NCBI GenBank assembly: GCA_963713825.1
Contig: CAVQNG010000003.1
Span: forward strand, 480,001-544,000
Reading direction: 5' to 3'
DNA length: 64,000 nucleotides
From: an uncultured Acidobacteriota bacterium
GTDB taxonomy: Bacteria; Acidobacteriota; Thermoanaerobaculia; Multivoradales; JAHEKO01
The position numbers and the translations under genes are program-made. This document shows, in pieces, positions 37,777 through 47,093 of the stretch; the stretch's first letter is position 1, and every line of letters starts with the position of its first letter. The notes under the pieces were generated by a model. The model worked only from the letters and a program-made list of their open reading frames with translations. It did no database searches and was not told the origin of the DNA.

Positions 37777-38766
37777 TCAATCTGAGTCTGAGTCAACTGG
37801 CTCGGCCGGCTTCGGCACTGCATCTCGGACGATGGGGCGGGGGTTGCGGTCGACAGTGAGCTGGAAGACATCCGGACGACCGTAGTGACCGGCCACGTCG
37901 AGCTGGAAGCGCGGGCCCTGCATCAGCGCGGGATCGATCTCCCCGTAAAGGATCTCCTGGCTTTCCATCACCGGCTCGGTCACCCATTTGCCATCGGGAT
38001 CGACGATCGCGCTGCCGCCGGGATTGATCCACTCCATCCCTGGAGGAAGAAACTCCTCCTTGAAGGCGAAGCTATCGGGGACGTCGTCGCGCCGCATCGC
38101 ACTGCAGCAGCCGACTACGTAGACCCGACCCTCTTTCGCGATATGTCGTAGCGTCGACAGCCAGGGTTCACCCCTGTCCCACGTCGGGGCCACATGGATC
38201 TGGGTACCGCTAGCGTACAAAGCGAAGCGCGCCAGGGGCATGTAGTTCTCCCAACAAATCAATCCGCTCAACCGACCAACAGGCACGTCGTACACCCGCA
38301 GCGTGCTGCCGTCCCCTTGACCGTGCACGAAACGCTCGCCGACGGTCGGCACCAACTTGCGGTGGCACCCGAGGATCTGGCCATCGGGACCGATGAACAG
38401 CAGTGAGTTGTAGAGCGTGGCACCGCTTGCCTCCGCATTGCGCTCGTTGAGGCCCATGACCACCGTCACCTCGGCATCGCGAGCCGCCGCACAGAGCCTC
38501 TCAGTGGCCGCGTCGGGGACGCTCACAGAGTTGCCGAGGAGCTCGGTGTAGAGCTCCCGATGAGCCTTGGTGTTGCCGGAGGGAATGAACCAGACCCAGA
38601 ACGGGTAGCCTGGTAGGTAGCCCTCGGGAAAAACGACGAGACGTGCTCCTTTTTCTGCCGCCTCGGCAATCAGGGCACACGCCCGTTCGAGCGTCGATTC
38701 GCGATCCAGAAAGATCGGCGACGCTTGGACAGCTGCGACCAGGAACGGCTCACTCGAGTGCTTCAT
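37777..38766 (-). CDS. Nitrilase (carbon-nitrogen hydrolase)
   Basis: FPEG, HRKL.PT..ER, ICWENYMPL triad; D.AGHY.RPD. Confidence 0.92.
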   Translation of the reverse strand: MKHSSEPFLVAAVQASPIFLDRESTLERACALIAEAAEKGARLVVFPEGYLPGYPFWVWFIPSGNTKAHRELYTELLGNSVSVPDAATERLCAAARDAEVTVVMGLNERNAEASGATLYNSLLFIGPDGQILGCHRKLVPTVGERFVHGQGDGSTLRVYDVPVGRLSGLICWENYMPLARFALYASGTQIHVAPTWDRGEPWLSTLRHIAKEGRVYVVGCCSAMRRDDVPDSFAFKEEFLPPGMEWINPGGSAIVDPDGKWVTEPVMESQEILYGEIDPALMQGPRFQLDVAGHYGRPDVFQLTVDRNPRPIVRDAVPKPAEPVDSDSD

Positions 38767-38801
38767 CGATCCCTCCAGCTTGGGCTGTGACGGCTGCGCC
38801 C

Positions 38802-39464
38802 TCAGGGCGAAGGAAAGCCGAGCTTGGAAACCCTGCCTGCTGGCTCCGCGAATGGCACTGAGAGACCGGTCCAATGCACGGCGCTTCTCTCGACCAATTC
38901 GGACCAGACTGTCTCGGGGGAGGGATCGAAGACGAGGGACGGCTCTGCGGGCAGGATGCGCCAGCCTCCCCGCGCCAGCTCCGCGTCCAGCTGTCCTGCT
39001 GCCCAACCGGCGAACCCCAGGTAGAGCCGAAACTGCTTGTCGGAATCTCCCTCCGAGGCCAATTGCCGCAGCAGATCTCCACTGCCACTGAAGTAGATGT
39101 CCGCAAAGACATGCCGGGCGTCACCGGGCGCTTCGTCAGCCTGGACGAGTAGCGTGATCTGCCCTCGTTGTACCGGGCCACCAATGAACACCCGATGTTG
39201 GTTCTCCGTCAGCCCCTCGATGTCGGGCAGCACATGATCGGCGGTTATCTCTGTGGGCCAATTGATGATGAGGCCGAGGGCTCCCGTCTCATCGTATTCC
39301 AGCAGAAGAACGACGGTCTCGGAGAAGTTGGAATCCCTCATCTCTGGACCGGCGATCAGGAACTTGCCTCTCGCCGGCTCCTCCGCCTGCGGTGCCGACG
39401 CCACCCCCAGACCCCTGGCGAGGAGACCGAGCAGCAGGACACCGATCTGGATTCTGAATCGCAC
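38802..39464 (-). CDS. YqgE/AlgH (DUF179) family protein
   Basis: G.FLIA.P...D.NF..TV, GLIIN.P, GGPV, G.AGW..GQL..E. Confidence 0.88.
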   Translation of the reverse strand: MRFRIQIGVLLLGLLARGLGVASAPQAEEPARGKFLIAGPEMRDSNFSETVVLLLEYDETGALGLIINWPTEITADHVLPDIEGLTENQHRVFIGGPVQRGQITLLVQADEAPGDARHVFADIYFSGSGDLLRQLASEGDSDKQFRLYLGFAGWAAGQLDAELARGGWRILPAEPSLVFDPSPETVWSELVERSAVHWTGLSVPFAEPAGRVSKLGFPSP

Positions 39465-39610
39465 GTTCGAGCCTTTCACCCGCTTCCTGTTGGCATTCTC
39501 TCTCAACCCTCTCGATTCGGCCAGTCGAGAACCCCAGTTCGAGGGACCCGCGCTCGGCAGCGCCAACCGTCTACCTCTAGAATCATGGCCAGGGAATCGC
39601 AAACCGACCA

Positions 39611-40162
39611 TTGGAGGACGATGCCGTGTCAGGAACACTCCGCAGACTCTCCACCCTGTTCAGCCTCACAGCCCTGCTCGGCGCTACAGCGCTTCTAGGA
39701 CTGGACGCCAATCCACAACCGGTAGCCGCCGAAGTGCCAGCCCAACTGAAGCAACTCAATCAGACCCTGGCACAGATCGCCGCTCTGCTGGAACGCAACC
39801 TCGAAGGTCAGCGGTTGGGATTGGTGATGGCCCGGATTCAGATCAGCTCGGGTCGCTCGACCCGAGCCGAGGAGCAGTTGGCTACCGCTCGGGCCACTCG
39901 GGCCGATCTTCAGAACCAGAAAGCCAAGATGGAAGGTCAGCTCCAGATCTTCGCCGATCAAATGGACCTGGGGCAGGTCGACATGCCGCCGGAGCAGATC
40001 GAGGTCATGGCCGACGAGAGCGCGCTGCAGCTCGATCTACTCAAGAAGCGGATCAGGGGCATGGACCGGGAGATCATGGAGCTCGAGAATGCCCTGGCCC
40101 GTTACCAACAGGACCTCGACGACTGGCAGACGCTCGTCGATCGCCACCTGAGTGACTACTGA
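39611..40162 (+). CDS. Exported coiled-coil hypothetical protein
   Basis: Signal-like N-terminus, heptad-rich. Confidence 0.7.
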   Translation: MEDDAVSGTLRRLSTLFSLTALLGATALLGLDANPQPVAAEVPAQLKQLNQTLAQIAALLERNLEGQRLGLVMARIQISSGRSTRAEEQLATARATRADLQNQKAKMEGQLQIFADQMDLGQVDMPPEQIEVMADESALQLDLLKKRIRGMDREIMELENALARYQQDLDDWQTLVDRHLSDY

Positions 40163-40716
40163 GTCGAGGCGTCCCCTAGCCGGTCACTACTGTAGAGCTC
40201 GCTGCTCTTGAAGGGCACCAGCGCCAGCAGGATCGCATGCTCGTAGAGCTCACGACGGTCGATCACTTTGCCGGTCAGCAGTCCCAAGGCGCCTTCCTTC
40301 TGCTTCGAGTTGCGTCGCCCGAAGACGATGTCGTCGGCGTCCCCCAACTCCCTGCCGGCACGAACCAGGTCGCTCACGGGCGCGGGTAGAACAAAAGATC
40401 CTGACCGACCTCTGGAACTGAAGCCCCCTGACCGCACCACGACCCAGGCGAAAGCCAGGAGCTCACCGTCGCTCTCCTCGACCCCGCCTTCGATGCCAAC
40501 CCAGAAGTCGGCCTCAGCCCGCTGCTCCTCAGCAGCTTGCGCCCGCTGCGCCGCTCCCCGCAGAGTCTCGGCGTCGCTCATCGGCTGGGCCCCAACTCCC
40601 GAAGGTACCTTCGCACCGTCGACTTCGAATCGGACAGGCGCGAACATGCGGCTGAAGGCGTTCAGGGTCGCCTGGATCTTGACCGGGTTGCCAGAGGCCA
40701 CGATCACCTTCTTCAT
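40156..40716 (-). CDS. yjjX: Inosine/xanthosine triphosphatase
   Basis: VAS.NPVK, SGV..QP....ET..GA..RA, VGIEGG, NSKQK.GA.G.LT. Confidence 0.92.
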   Translation of the reverse strand: MKKVIVASGNPVKIQATLNAFSRMFAPVRFEVDGAKVPSGVGAQPMSDAETLRGAAQRAQAAEEQRAEADFWVGIEGGVEESDGELLAFAWVVVRSGGFSSRGRSGSFVLPAPVSDLVRAGRELGDADDIVFGRRNSKQKEGALGLLTGKVIDRRELYEHAILLALVPFKSSELYSSDRLGDASTQ

Positions 40717-41249
40717 CGATCCGCCTCCAATTCGACTCCCAGGCCGTCCGCGATGCGGTTGACGAACGCGAAGTAGGCCGTGATCGTGCAGATGTCGTGA
40801 ATCCCCCGGTCATCGAAGCCTGCGGCTCGCAGCTCCCCCACGTCGGTCTGGCGGACAGTGGCTGGCGCCTCGGTGAGTTTGAGGACATAGTCGAGCATCG
40901 CCTGGTCCATGCTCTTCAAAGGCGCTTGCCGGTGGTCCGAAATCAGAGCGGAAAGCAGCTCGGTTTGCTCTTGCTCGCCCATGCCATGTACAGAAAGAAG
41001 TCGACGGAGCCCCGCCCCGTGATGTTGGACTCAGTAGTGGCAGTCGTTGGCGGCTGAAACCACGACGGCGATCATCTCGCGCTGCTCGCGGCTCAACGGC
41101 CCTCGGCTGTACATCAACTCGCGGTAGAGGTCGAAGTGCTGCCGCATCGTCCTGCTATGAACACCGTGGATGCGCAGAATGTTGTCGTGGTCCGGAACTC
41201 GATCGGCTTCCGGCACCTCGTCCTCCGGGACGTAGTCGATGAACGCCAT
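40713..41249 (-). CDS. AhpD/CMD-like peroxidase selenoprotein (CxxU), TGA at 41031-41033
   Basis: EMIAVVVSAANDCHY-U-VQHHG continues in frame to AYFAFVNRIADGLG; hairpin acggggc-ggg-gctccgt after TGA. Confidence 0.85.
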
Positions 41250-41283
41250 CACAGAGCTCTCCGCAAATTCGAAGCTCCGACTC

Positions 41284-41607
41284 TCAAGGCGTCAGCCTTG
41301 TGCTCACTTCCCGCTGCGAGCCGTCAGGGTTCTGCCAGGCGACGATGGCATTGAAATGAATTCCTGTCCCGGTGGTGATGATGGCCTGCACTGACCGCTG
41401 CTCGCCGGCGCCGAGCTCGGCAATGGGGAACTTCTTCTCCAATTCACTTTCCAGCACAGGAGTGTTCTTGTCGCCTTCTGACTCGATCCTCAGCTCCACG
41501 TTGCGAGCCGCTGCGGGACCCTCGTTCTCGACTGTGAAATGGCGATCCCCACCGACACCGCTGAGGAAAACCAGCACATCCGCCGTCACGGGATTGTCAG
41601 CTTGCAT
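41284..41607 (-). CDS. Hypothetical Ig-like protein
   Basis: RBS aggagaaagg; V.N.G...A.NV pattern. Confidence 0.6.
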   Translation of the reverse strand: MQADNPVTADVLVFLSGVGGDRHFTVENEGPAAARNVELRIESEGDKNTPVLESELEKKFPIAELGAGEQRSVQAIITTGTGIHFNAIVAWQNPDGSQREVSTRLTP

Positions 41608-41754
41608 CTTCCTTTCTCCTCCGTCGGGCTTTCGAGCCCGTCTTCGATGAGACCATTTGCGGGGCCTAATATATCCTTCCCCTTCTGATCGTCGACACCT
41701 ACCTTGACGGCTGACCCGAACGCACCTGTGACCACCTGCGAGGATTCACCGACC

Positions 41755-43008
41755 ATGACGCGAGATCTCACAGATCTGGCTCAACGAATCGCCAACCAGG
41801 CCCCGGAGGAGTTGAACCTCACCAACGGCCAGCATCTCGATCTGGCTACCCAGGCCGCCGATGCGATTCTCGACGCTGTGGCCTCCCACGAGGAGCTGGT
41901 GGTTTTCGAGCAGCGGTTGTTCGAAGCGGATCAGGCGGCTCCGCTCCTCGTCCACCTGGCGGCCAAGCTCGCTTGCAGCAAGAGCCTCGTAAAGAGGCTG
42001 CCAGATCCCGCCCATCTGTCGGTGATCTTCGCGATGTACAAGGAGCACAACCGGATCCTGGAGCCCGAGGCGCACCCTCACGGAGAGGACTTCCTGCGTC
42101 GCAAGGCCGCTCAGCTCGAGTGGCTCTTCGAGGGGAATGAGCACATCGACTGGCGGATCTTCGCCGTCGATGACGGCTGTCCCGAAGGTAGCGGTCAGAT
42201 CGCGCAGCAGATCCTGCAGCAATCCGGACCCGAGCTGCGTGCCGAAGTCTTGTTCCTCGAAGAGGCCATTCGTCGGGAGGTGCCTGTGACCCGGCCCCTC
42301 GAGCAGACATCCGACAGCCAGAAGGGTGGCTCGATCCAGCTCGGCATGTGGCATGCCGCTCAGCGGAACGACCCCGGGCATGTCGTCTTGTTCACGGATG
42401 CCGACCTCTCGACTCACCTCGGGCAGGCCGGGCTTCTGATGGTTCCGATTCTGGCCGAGGGGGCCGATGCCGCAATCGGGTCACGTCGCGAAACCACTTC
42501 GGTAGCCATCAAGAAGGGCAAGCGCAATGTGCGCGGCAAGCTCTTCATCTACCTGTGGAAGCGACTGTTGCCCACGCTCGCCCGCGTCGTCGACACGCAG
42601 TGCGGGTTCAAGGCCTTTCGAGCCGATGTGGCCCGTACCATCGTCGTCGATTCTCTGGAGAAAAAATTCGCTTTCGACATCGAGCTGCTGCTGCGCACCG
42701 AGCTGGCCCGACCCGGCTCGATCGCCAAGGTGCCGATCGCGTGGATCGACAGTGAGGCGGCGTCGACCACGACCGACCTCGAGCCTTACCTGCCGATGCT
42801 CCAGAGTATTGTCGGTTTCTACCGCCACTACCTGACAGCCAATCCGGAGTCCGACACCTTCGCAGCGTTCATCGAGGGTCTCGACGAAGAGTCATGGAAT
42901 CGCCTCCTGGAATCGATCCCCGCCGAGATTGCTGAGGGCGACCCCAACCACTTCGGTGATCACGCACCGGTCACTACCGCCGATCTGCAAGCGATCCTCG
43001 CCTGCTGA
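41755..43008 (+). CDS. GT2 family glycosyltransferase
   Basis: VDDGC, KGG, FTDADLS, GSR, DTQCGFKAF, FAFDIELL. Confidence 0.85.
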   Translation: MTRDLTDLAQRIANQAPEELNLTNGQHLDLATQAADAILDAVASHEELVVFEQRLFEADQAAPLLVHLAAKLACSKSLVKRLPDPAHLSVIFAMYKEHNRILEPEAHPHGEDFLRRKAAQLEWLFEGNEHIDWRIFAVDDGCPEGSGQIAQQILQQSGPELRAEVLFLEEAIRREVPVTRPLEQTSDSQKGGSIQLGMWHAAQRNDPGHVVLFTDADLSTHLGQAGLLMVPILAEGADAAIGSRRETTSVAIKKGKRNVRGKLFIYLWKRLLPTLARVVDTQCGFKAFRADVARTIVVDSLEKKFAFDIELLLRTELARPGSIAKVPIAWIDSEAASTTTDLEPYLPMLQSIVGFYRHYLTANPESDTFAAFIEGLDEESWNRLLESIPAEIAEGDPNHFGDHAPVTTADLQAILAC

Positions 43009-43024
43009 TCGCTGATTGTCGGAG

Positions 43025-43553
43025 GCCCGTCCGGGTGGTTCGCCTCGAGGGTTGAGGCGCCCGTCGTGCCTCCGACCGTTCTTTGAGGGCTTGGGGGCTG
43101 AACCGTCCGTCGTCCCTCCGGCCGGCCTCTAGGGGCTTGGGGGAACCAAACTGGGCGGGCCCCAGACCCCTAATCGCCCAGACGTCCCCTATTGCCATCA
43201 GCGGTGCTCAAGAGGTTCGTTCGGGTGGTTCGTCAGGGGGTGCCGAGTCGAGCGCAGCGCAAGGGCCATCGAAGAGCACAAGAGATCCGGCGCGATGACG
43301 AGACAAGGTGGCGGCCCGTCCATTGCAGTCTGAGTAGCCGACGCCGTCCCCCAGGCGGATCACCCGGACGGACTTCCCGGAACCAACAGAGGTAATAGGG
43401 GCATAAGGGCTTAGGGGACTCTTGACCAAGCGGCATCCAGGGTTCGGCGTGGGACCCCCACACTGCCCCAAAGGCCGGCCGAAACGAAGTGCGGTCGGCT
43501 CAGCCCCCAAGCCCTCAAAGAACGGTCGGACGAAGTCCGAACGCTTCAACCCC
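43025..43553. repeat. REP/MITE-like cluster with 35-bp inverted repeats (43071-43105 / 43496-43530)
   Basis: tccgaccgttctttgagggcttgggggctga(a/g)ccg, 34/35 match in inverted orientation. Confidence 0.75.
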
Positions 43554-43560
43554 CTCGCTC

Positions 43561-44331
43561 TCATTGCTGAGCAATGAGGGCGAGGGTATTGTCGACGAGG
43601 TCCCAGCCGCCGGGCTGCCCGTGGCCCGGGACGATCAGGGCCGCTGTGGGATAGCGCGCTCTCACCTTCTCAACGCTCGCCGCCCAACGGTCGACTTCGG
43701 CATCCCCCAGATAGCCGATGTGCTTCGTGGCCGCGTTCTTGATCAGACAACCGCCGAACAGCACCTTGCGGTCTTCAAGCCAAACCACGATGTTGTCGTG
43801 ACTGTGACCGGGCCCCGGATAGAACAGCTCCAGGTGGTCCCCACCCAATGACAGCTCCATGCTCTGCGCGAAAAGCACTTTCGGCGGCTGGCTGCCGTCT
43901 TCGCGGGCGAGCTCTGCCGTCAGGGACAGGCCGTAGGTTGGAACCCCTCGTCGGTGGACAGCTTCGATCCCTCCCATGCAGTCCGAGTGGAAGTGGGTTG
44001 CGATGACACCTGCTACCGAGAGCCCGCGATCCTTTTCGATCCAATCCAGTAGGCGCTCAGTCTGGTCCTCGGTCCAGGGGGTGTCGATCAGCAGTGCCTC
44101 TTTCTCAGTCATCAGTAGAAGCCCATTGGCAGGCGTCGGTCTGCTGACCAGGACAAATGTGGAGACATGTCTCCAGAGCCCCGGCTCCAACTCGATCAGC
44201 TTCAGATCCTCGGCCAGGGTGATCTCAGCTGGTTGCGATGACGACTCCTGCGCGAGCAGATGGCAAAAGCCTGCGGTAGTCCACATCCACAGGAAAATGA
44301 CAAGCCAGAGTTGTCGACTCATTCGGACCAT
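43561..44331 (-). CDS. Subclass B1 metallo-beta-lactamase
   Basis: Signal peptide; ANGL, IDTPW, THFHSDC.GG, GPGHSHDN, LFGGCLIK, PGHG. Confidence 0.88.
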   Translation of the reverse strand: MVRMSRQLWLVIFLWMWTTAGFCHLLAQESSSQPAEITLAEDLKLIELEPGLWRHVSTFVLVSRPTPANGLLLMTEKEALLIDTPWTEDQTERLLDWIEKDRGLSVAGVIATHFHSDCMGGIEAVHRRGVPTYGLSLTAELAREDGSQPPKVLFAQSMELSLGGDHLELFYPGPGHSHDNIVVWLEDRKVLFGGCLIKNAATKHIGYLGDAEVDRWAASVEKVRARYPTAALIVPGHGQPGGWDLVDNTLALIAQQ

Positions 44332-44401
44332 GGTCACAATTCTCCCGTTACTGCGATCCGACCTGCAAGCCATCCTGAAACCCTGACCGTTCTGCCCATA
44401 T

Positions 44402-44596
44402 GAGGTCCGTCCAGGTGGTCCGCAGGCGGACGGCGTCGGCTACTCAGACTGCAACGGGGGGCCCACGCCGAATCCTCACACAACCTACGACTCAGATGAA
44501 TGCCCGCTGCCTCAAAGGTAGGCCGGAGGTACGACAGGCTCCTCAACCCCCAAGCCCCAAAGATCGGCTGGGAGGTACGACCGGCCGCCTCAACCC
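44402..44596. repeat. REP-like cluster; 44402-44456 is an inverted copy of 43321-43375
   Basis: ggacggcgtcggctactcagactgcaa identical in opposite orientation. Confidence 0.75.
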
Positions 44597-45378
44597 CTCT
44601 TCCTTCGTCGGGCGAAGAGGAGGCCCGACCAGGTCTCGTCGATAGAGCAGATCTTGTAGTCCACGAAGTCCGCGTCCAAGCCGAATGACCGCACGGCCGC
44701 CTGCGTGAGATCGGTAGTAACACCTGATGCCTTCTTGGGCCAGGCGATCCACAGCCCGCCGCTTTCGGCCAAGCAGCGGGTCGCGGTCGGAAATCGCCGC
44801 CCCATCTCGGCCTTGGATTTGACGAAAAGGAGGATCAGAGTCGCGGCCCCTCGCGCGCTACGCTTGAAGCGCACGTTCTCCGGAAGGGGCTGCAGCACCG
44901 CCTCGAAGTCTTCCGGAGCGCCGAGCAGGGCCACAACCGAATCGGGCTTGATTCCCAGTTTGCGAGGCAAGGGTGTCCCCGAATAGCCCGCCAGCGCTGA
45001 AGAAGGTACAACCGGGTCAGCAGGAGGATTGGCGATGGCGTGCTGGAGTCCGCTGCTGATTCGGGCCCACGGGATATAGATCGCATCGGGCAGTGCTGCC
45101 TCGATCTTGGCGCTCTTCTCAGGCTCGCCACCGGCGAAGACGAGCGGTAGGAAGCGACTACTCTTCGATTGTCGAAGGAGAAAGGCCACGTCCCGTCCCT
45201 GACTGGGTATGCGATCCAGATCGATCACCACAGCGTCGGGTGGATCGGCCCGAATGCGCCTCAGGGTCGGCGGCCCCTGAAAGGGCTCATAGGTCACCCG
45301 GTAGCCCGCTTTCTCCAACGCACTCACGCGGGCCTGGGCCTCGGCCGGCTTCCAATGAATGAGCTGCACCCGTTGCAT
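44590..45378 (-). CDS. Receiver-like domain fused to DUF3052-like domain
   Basis: AGYSGTPL..KLGIK, LWIAWPKKASGV.TDL, VDYKICS.D..WSGL. Confidence 0.75.
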   Translation of the reverse strand: MQRVQLIHWKPAEAQARVSALEKAGYRVTYEPFQGPPTLRRIRADPPDAVVIDLDRIPSQGRDVAFLLRQSKSSRFLPLVFAGGEPEKSAKIEAALPDAIYIPWARISSGLQHAIANPPADPVVPSSALAGYSGTPLPRKLGIKPDSVVALLGAPEDFEAVLQPLPENVRFKRSARGAATLILLFVKSKAEMGRRFPTATRCLAESGGLWIAWPKKASGVTTDLTQAAVRSFGLDADFVDYKICSIDETWSGLLFARRRKRG

Positions 45379-45902
45379 CAGGCGACTCCTGCTGCCTCCC
45401 ATGAGGCCTTGTCGATGCCGTAGACACCGACCTCGTCTCCAAAGAAATCGACGGTTCTTTCGAACTGCTCTCCAAGCCGCTTGGCCAGCGCGAGAGATCT
45501 CGTGTTGTCCGGATGAATGAGACTGATCACATGTTCACGCTCTAGCTTCAGAAAGGCATGCTCGAGGGCCACCTGCGCCGCTTCGAAAGCCAGTCCGTGC
45601 CCCCAGAAGGGCCGGGCGAGAGCCCATCCCAGTTCGAAACCGGGCCAACCCGGTGGGTCGATGAAGCCGACCCGACCCACGAAAGCACCGGTCTGTCGAT
45701 CTTCGAGAGCCCACATTCCATATCCCAGGAGCTGCCAATGGCCCAAGATCGCGGCTATCTGTCGCCAGCTCTCTCCCCGGGTCCAGGTGCGACCTCCAAG
45801 GAAGCGCATCACCTCCGTGTCGGAACACATCTGGGCATAGGACTCGAGATCGCTCTCGGTGAAGAGGCGCAGAATCAGACGTCTGGTGTCGAGAGTGCTC
45901 AT
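45378..45902 (-). CDS. RimJ/RimL-type GNAT acetyltransferase
   Basis: T.RL.LR, ELGW.L....WG.G.A.EAA, N..S..LA.RLG. Confidence 0.88.
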   Translation of the reverse strand: MSTLDTRRLILRLFTESDLESYAQMCSDTEVMRFLGGRTWTRGESWRQIAAILGHWQLLGYGMWALEDRQTGAFVGRVGFIDPPGWPGFELGWALARPFWGHGLAFEAAQVALEHAFLKLEREHVISLIHPDNTRSLALAKRLGEQFERTVDFFGDEVGVYGIDKASWEAAGVA

Positions 45903-45918
45903 GGCGCCCCGCTGCAAC

Positions 45919-46218
45919 TCAGCCCAGCAGACGGTACTTCCTGAGGTCCAGCTCCTGAGCCAGCAGGTCCGGAAACTCCTGCAGTGCGCTGGCAATATGG
46001 TCCGTGCTGAAATGGGCCTCGAGTGCCGATTCGCCCTGCCACTCCTCGATAAAGGTGAACTCCCGGCGATCCTCGAGGTTCTCGAGGAGCTCGTAGCCGA
46101 TGCAGCCCGGCTCCTCGCGGGTAGGCTCGATCAGGCCGACCAACACTTGCTTGAGATCGGCTTCCTTACCTGGCTGTGCTCTAACTCGGGCAATGACTCT
46201 CAGCGTGCTGTCTGCCAT
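45919..46218 (-). CDS. Antibiotic biosynthesis monooxygenase family protein
   Basis: TR.EPGCI.YEL, F.E.W....LEAH...H. Confidence 0.85.
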   Translation of the reverse strand: MADSTLRVIARVRAQPGKEADLKQVLVGLIEPTREEPGCIGYELLENLEDRREFTFIEEWQGESALEAHFSTDHIASALQEFPDLLAQELDLRKYRLLG

Positions 46219-46272
46219 GGCAGTCTCCTCTCCAATTCCCATCCCAGACCCTTTGGCCCTAACCAATACCGC

Positions 46273-46953
46273 TCATCGAGTGGCCTTGGATCTTCTCGCC
46301 ACGGCCTTGCGGATGTAGGTGGGGGCATCAGGCGTCTTGCAGCTCGTCTCGCCGTGATCCACCTCCACCTTACCGATCCTCTTGGCCGCCGCAAGAGCCT
46401 TGCGCTCGAGCTTCGGATTGCGGATTCCGATCGCGATCAGGGCGCTGTTCATGGAATGACGGCTTCTGTTCTTGCGGCCGTGAATCTCGGTCTCGATCGT
46501 CGCGAGATACTCTTCGAGCTCCTTGTCTGTCAGCTCGGGATCCTGTCTCGCCAGTCGGGCCAACACATTCCACCCCGCCGCACCGACAAACTCCTGGGCG
46601 GACCTGGTCCACCTACCGACCTTGGTCTTCGCAAATGGAGTCTGGCTCACCAGGTCGGAGAACGCGTCGGTCAGGACATAGTTGTCCAGATCCCGCACCC
46701 AGGCATCCAATAGCGAGCTTCGGATCTCCTCCGGATCAGCGATCATGGCCGCGAGGATCCGTGCGTCGTGGTTGCCGCTCTCCCAAAGGCCGATTGCCAA
46801 CTCCGTGTCGCCTCTGTTCTTCTTGGCCAGTTTTCCCTGGTTTGCATAGCTCACACCATACAGGGGATCGCCGACCCCGTGACGTCGATAGACCTTGCGA
46901 TTCTGCCCGGTCCCAGCAGCCTCTAGAGCTGCCAGCGCACGTTTCAGATCCAT
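46273..46953 (-). CDS. DNA alkylation repair protein (AlkD-like HEAT repeat)
   Basis: YGV, LW.SGN.DAR.LA, IG.V.VDHG.T.CKTPDA. Confidence 0.8.
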   Translation of the reverse strand: MDLKRALAALEAAGTGQNRKVYRRHGVGDPLYGVSYANQGKLAKKNRGDTELAIGLWESGNHDARILAAMIADPEEIRSSLLDAWVRDLDNYVLTDAFSDLVSQTPFAKTKVGRWTRSAQEFVGAAGWNVLARLARQDPELTDKELEEYLATIETEIHGRKNRSRHSMNSALIAIGIRNPKLERKALAAAKRIGKVEVDHGETSCKTPDAPTYIRKAVARRSKATR

Positions 46954-47093
46954 ATTCGCTCCAACCGATGATGAGCTGCTGCCGCCAATTCTGCCACAAC
47001 CCTCGAACAGAGGGAGCCCACCGCTTTCCGGTTCAGGCCAGGGCGTATACTTCAAGCCTCGGGGTGACGGCATAACTCCGTCGAGGATTCATC

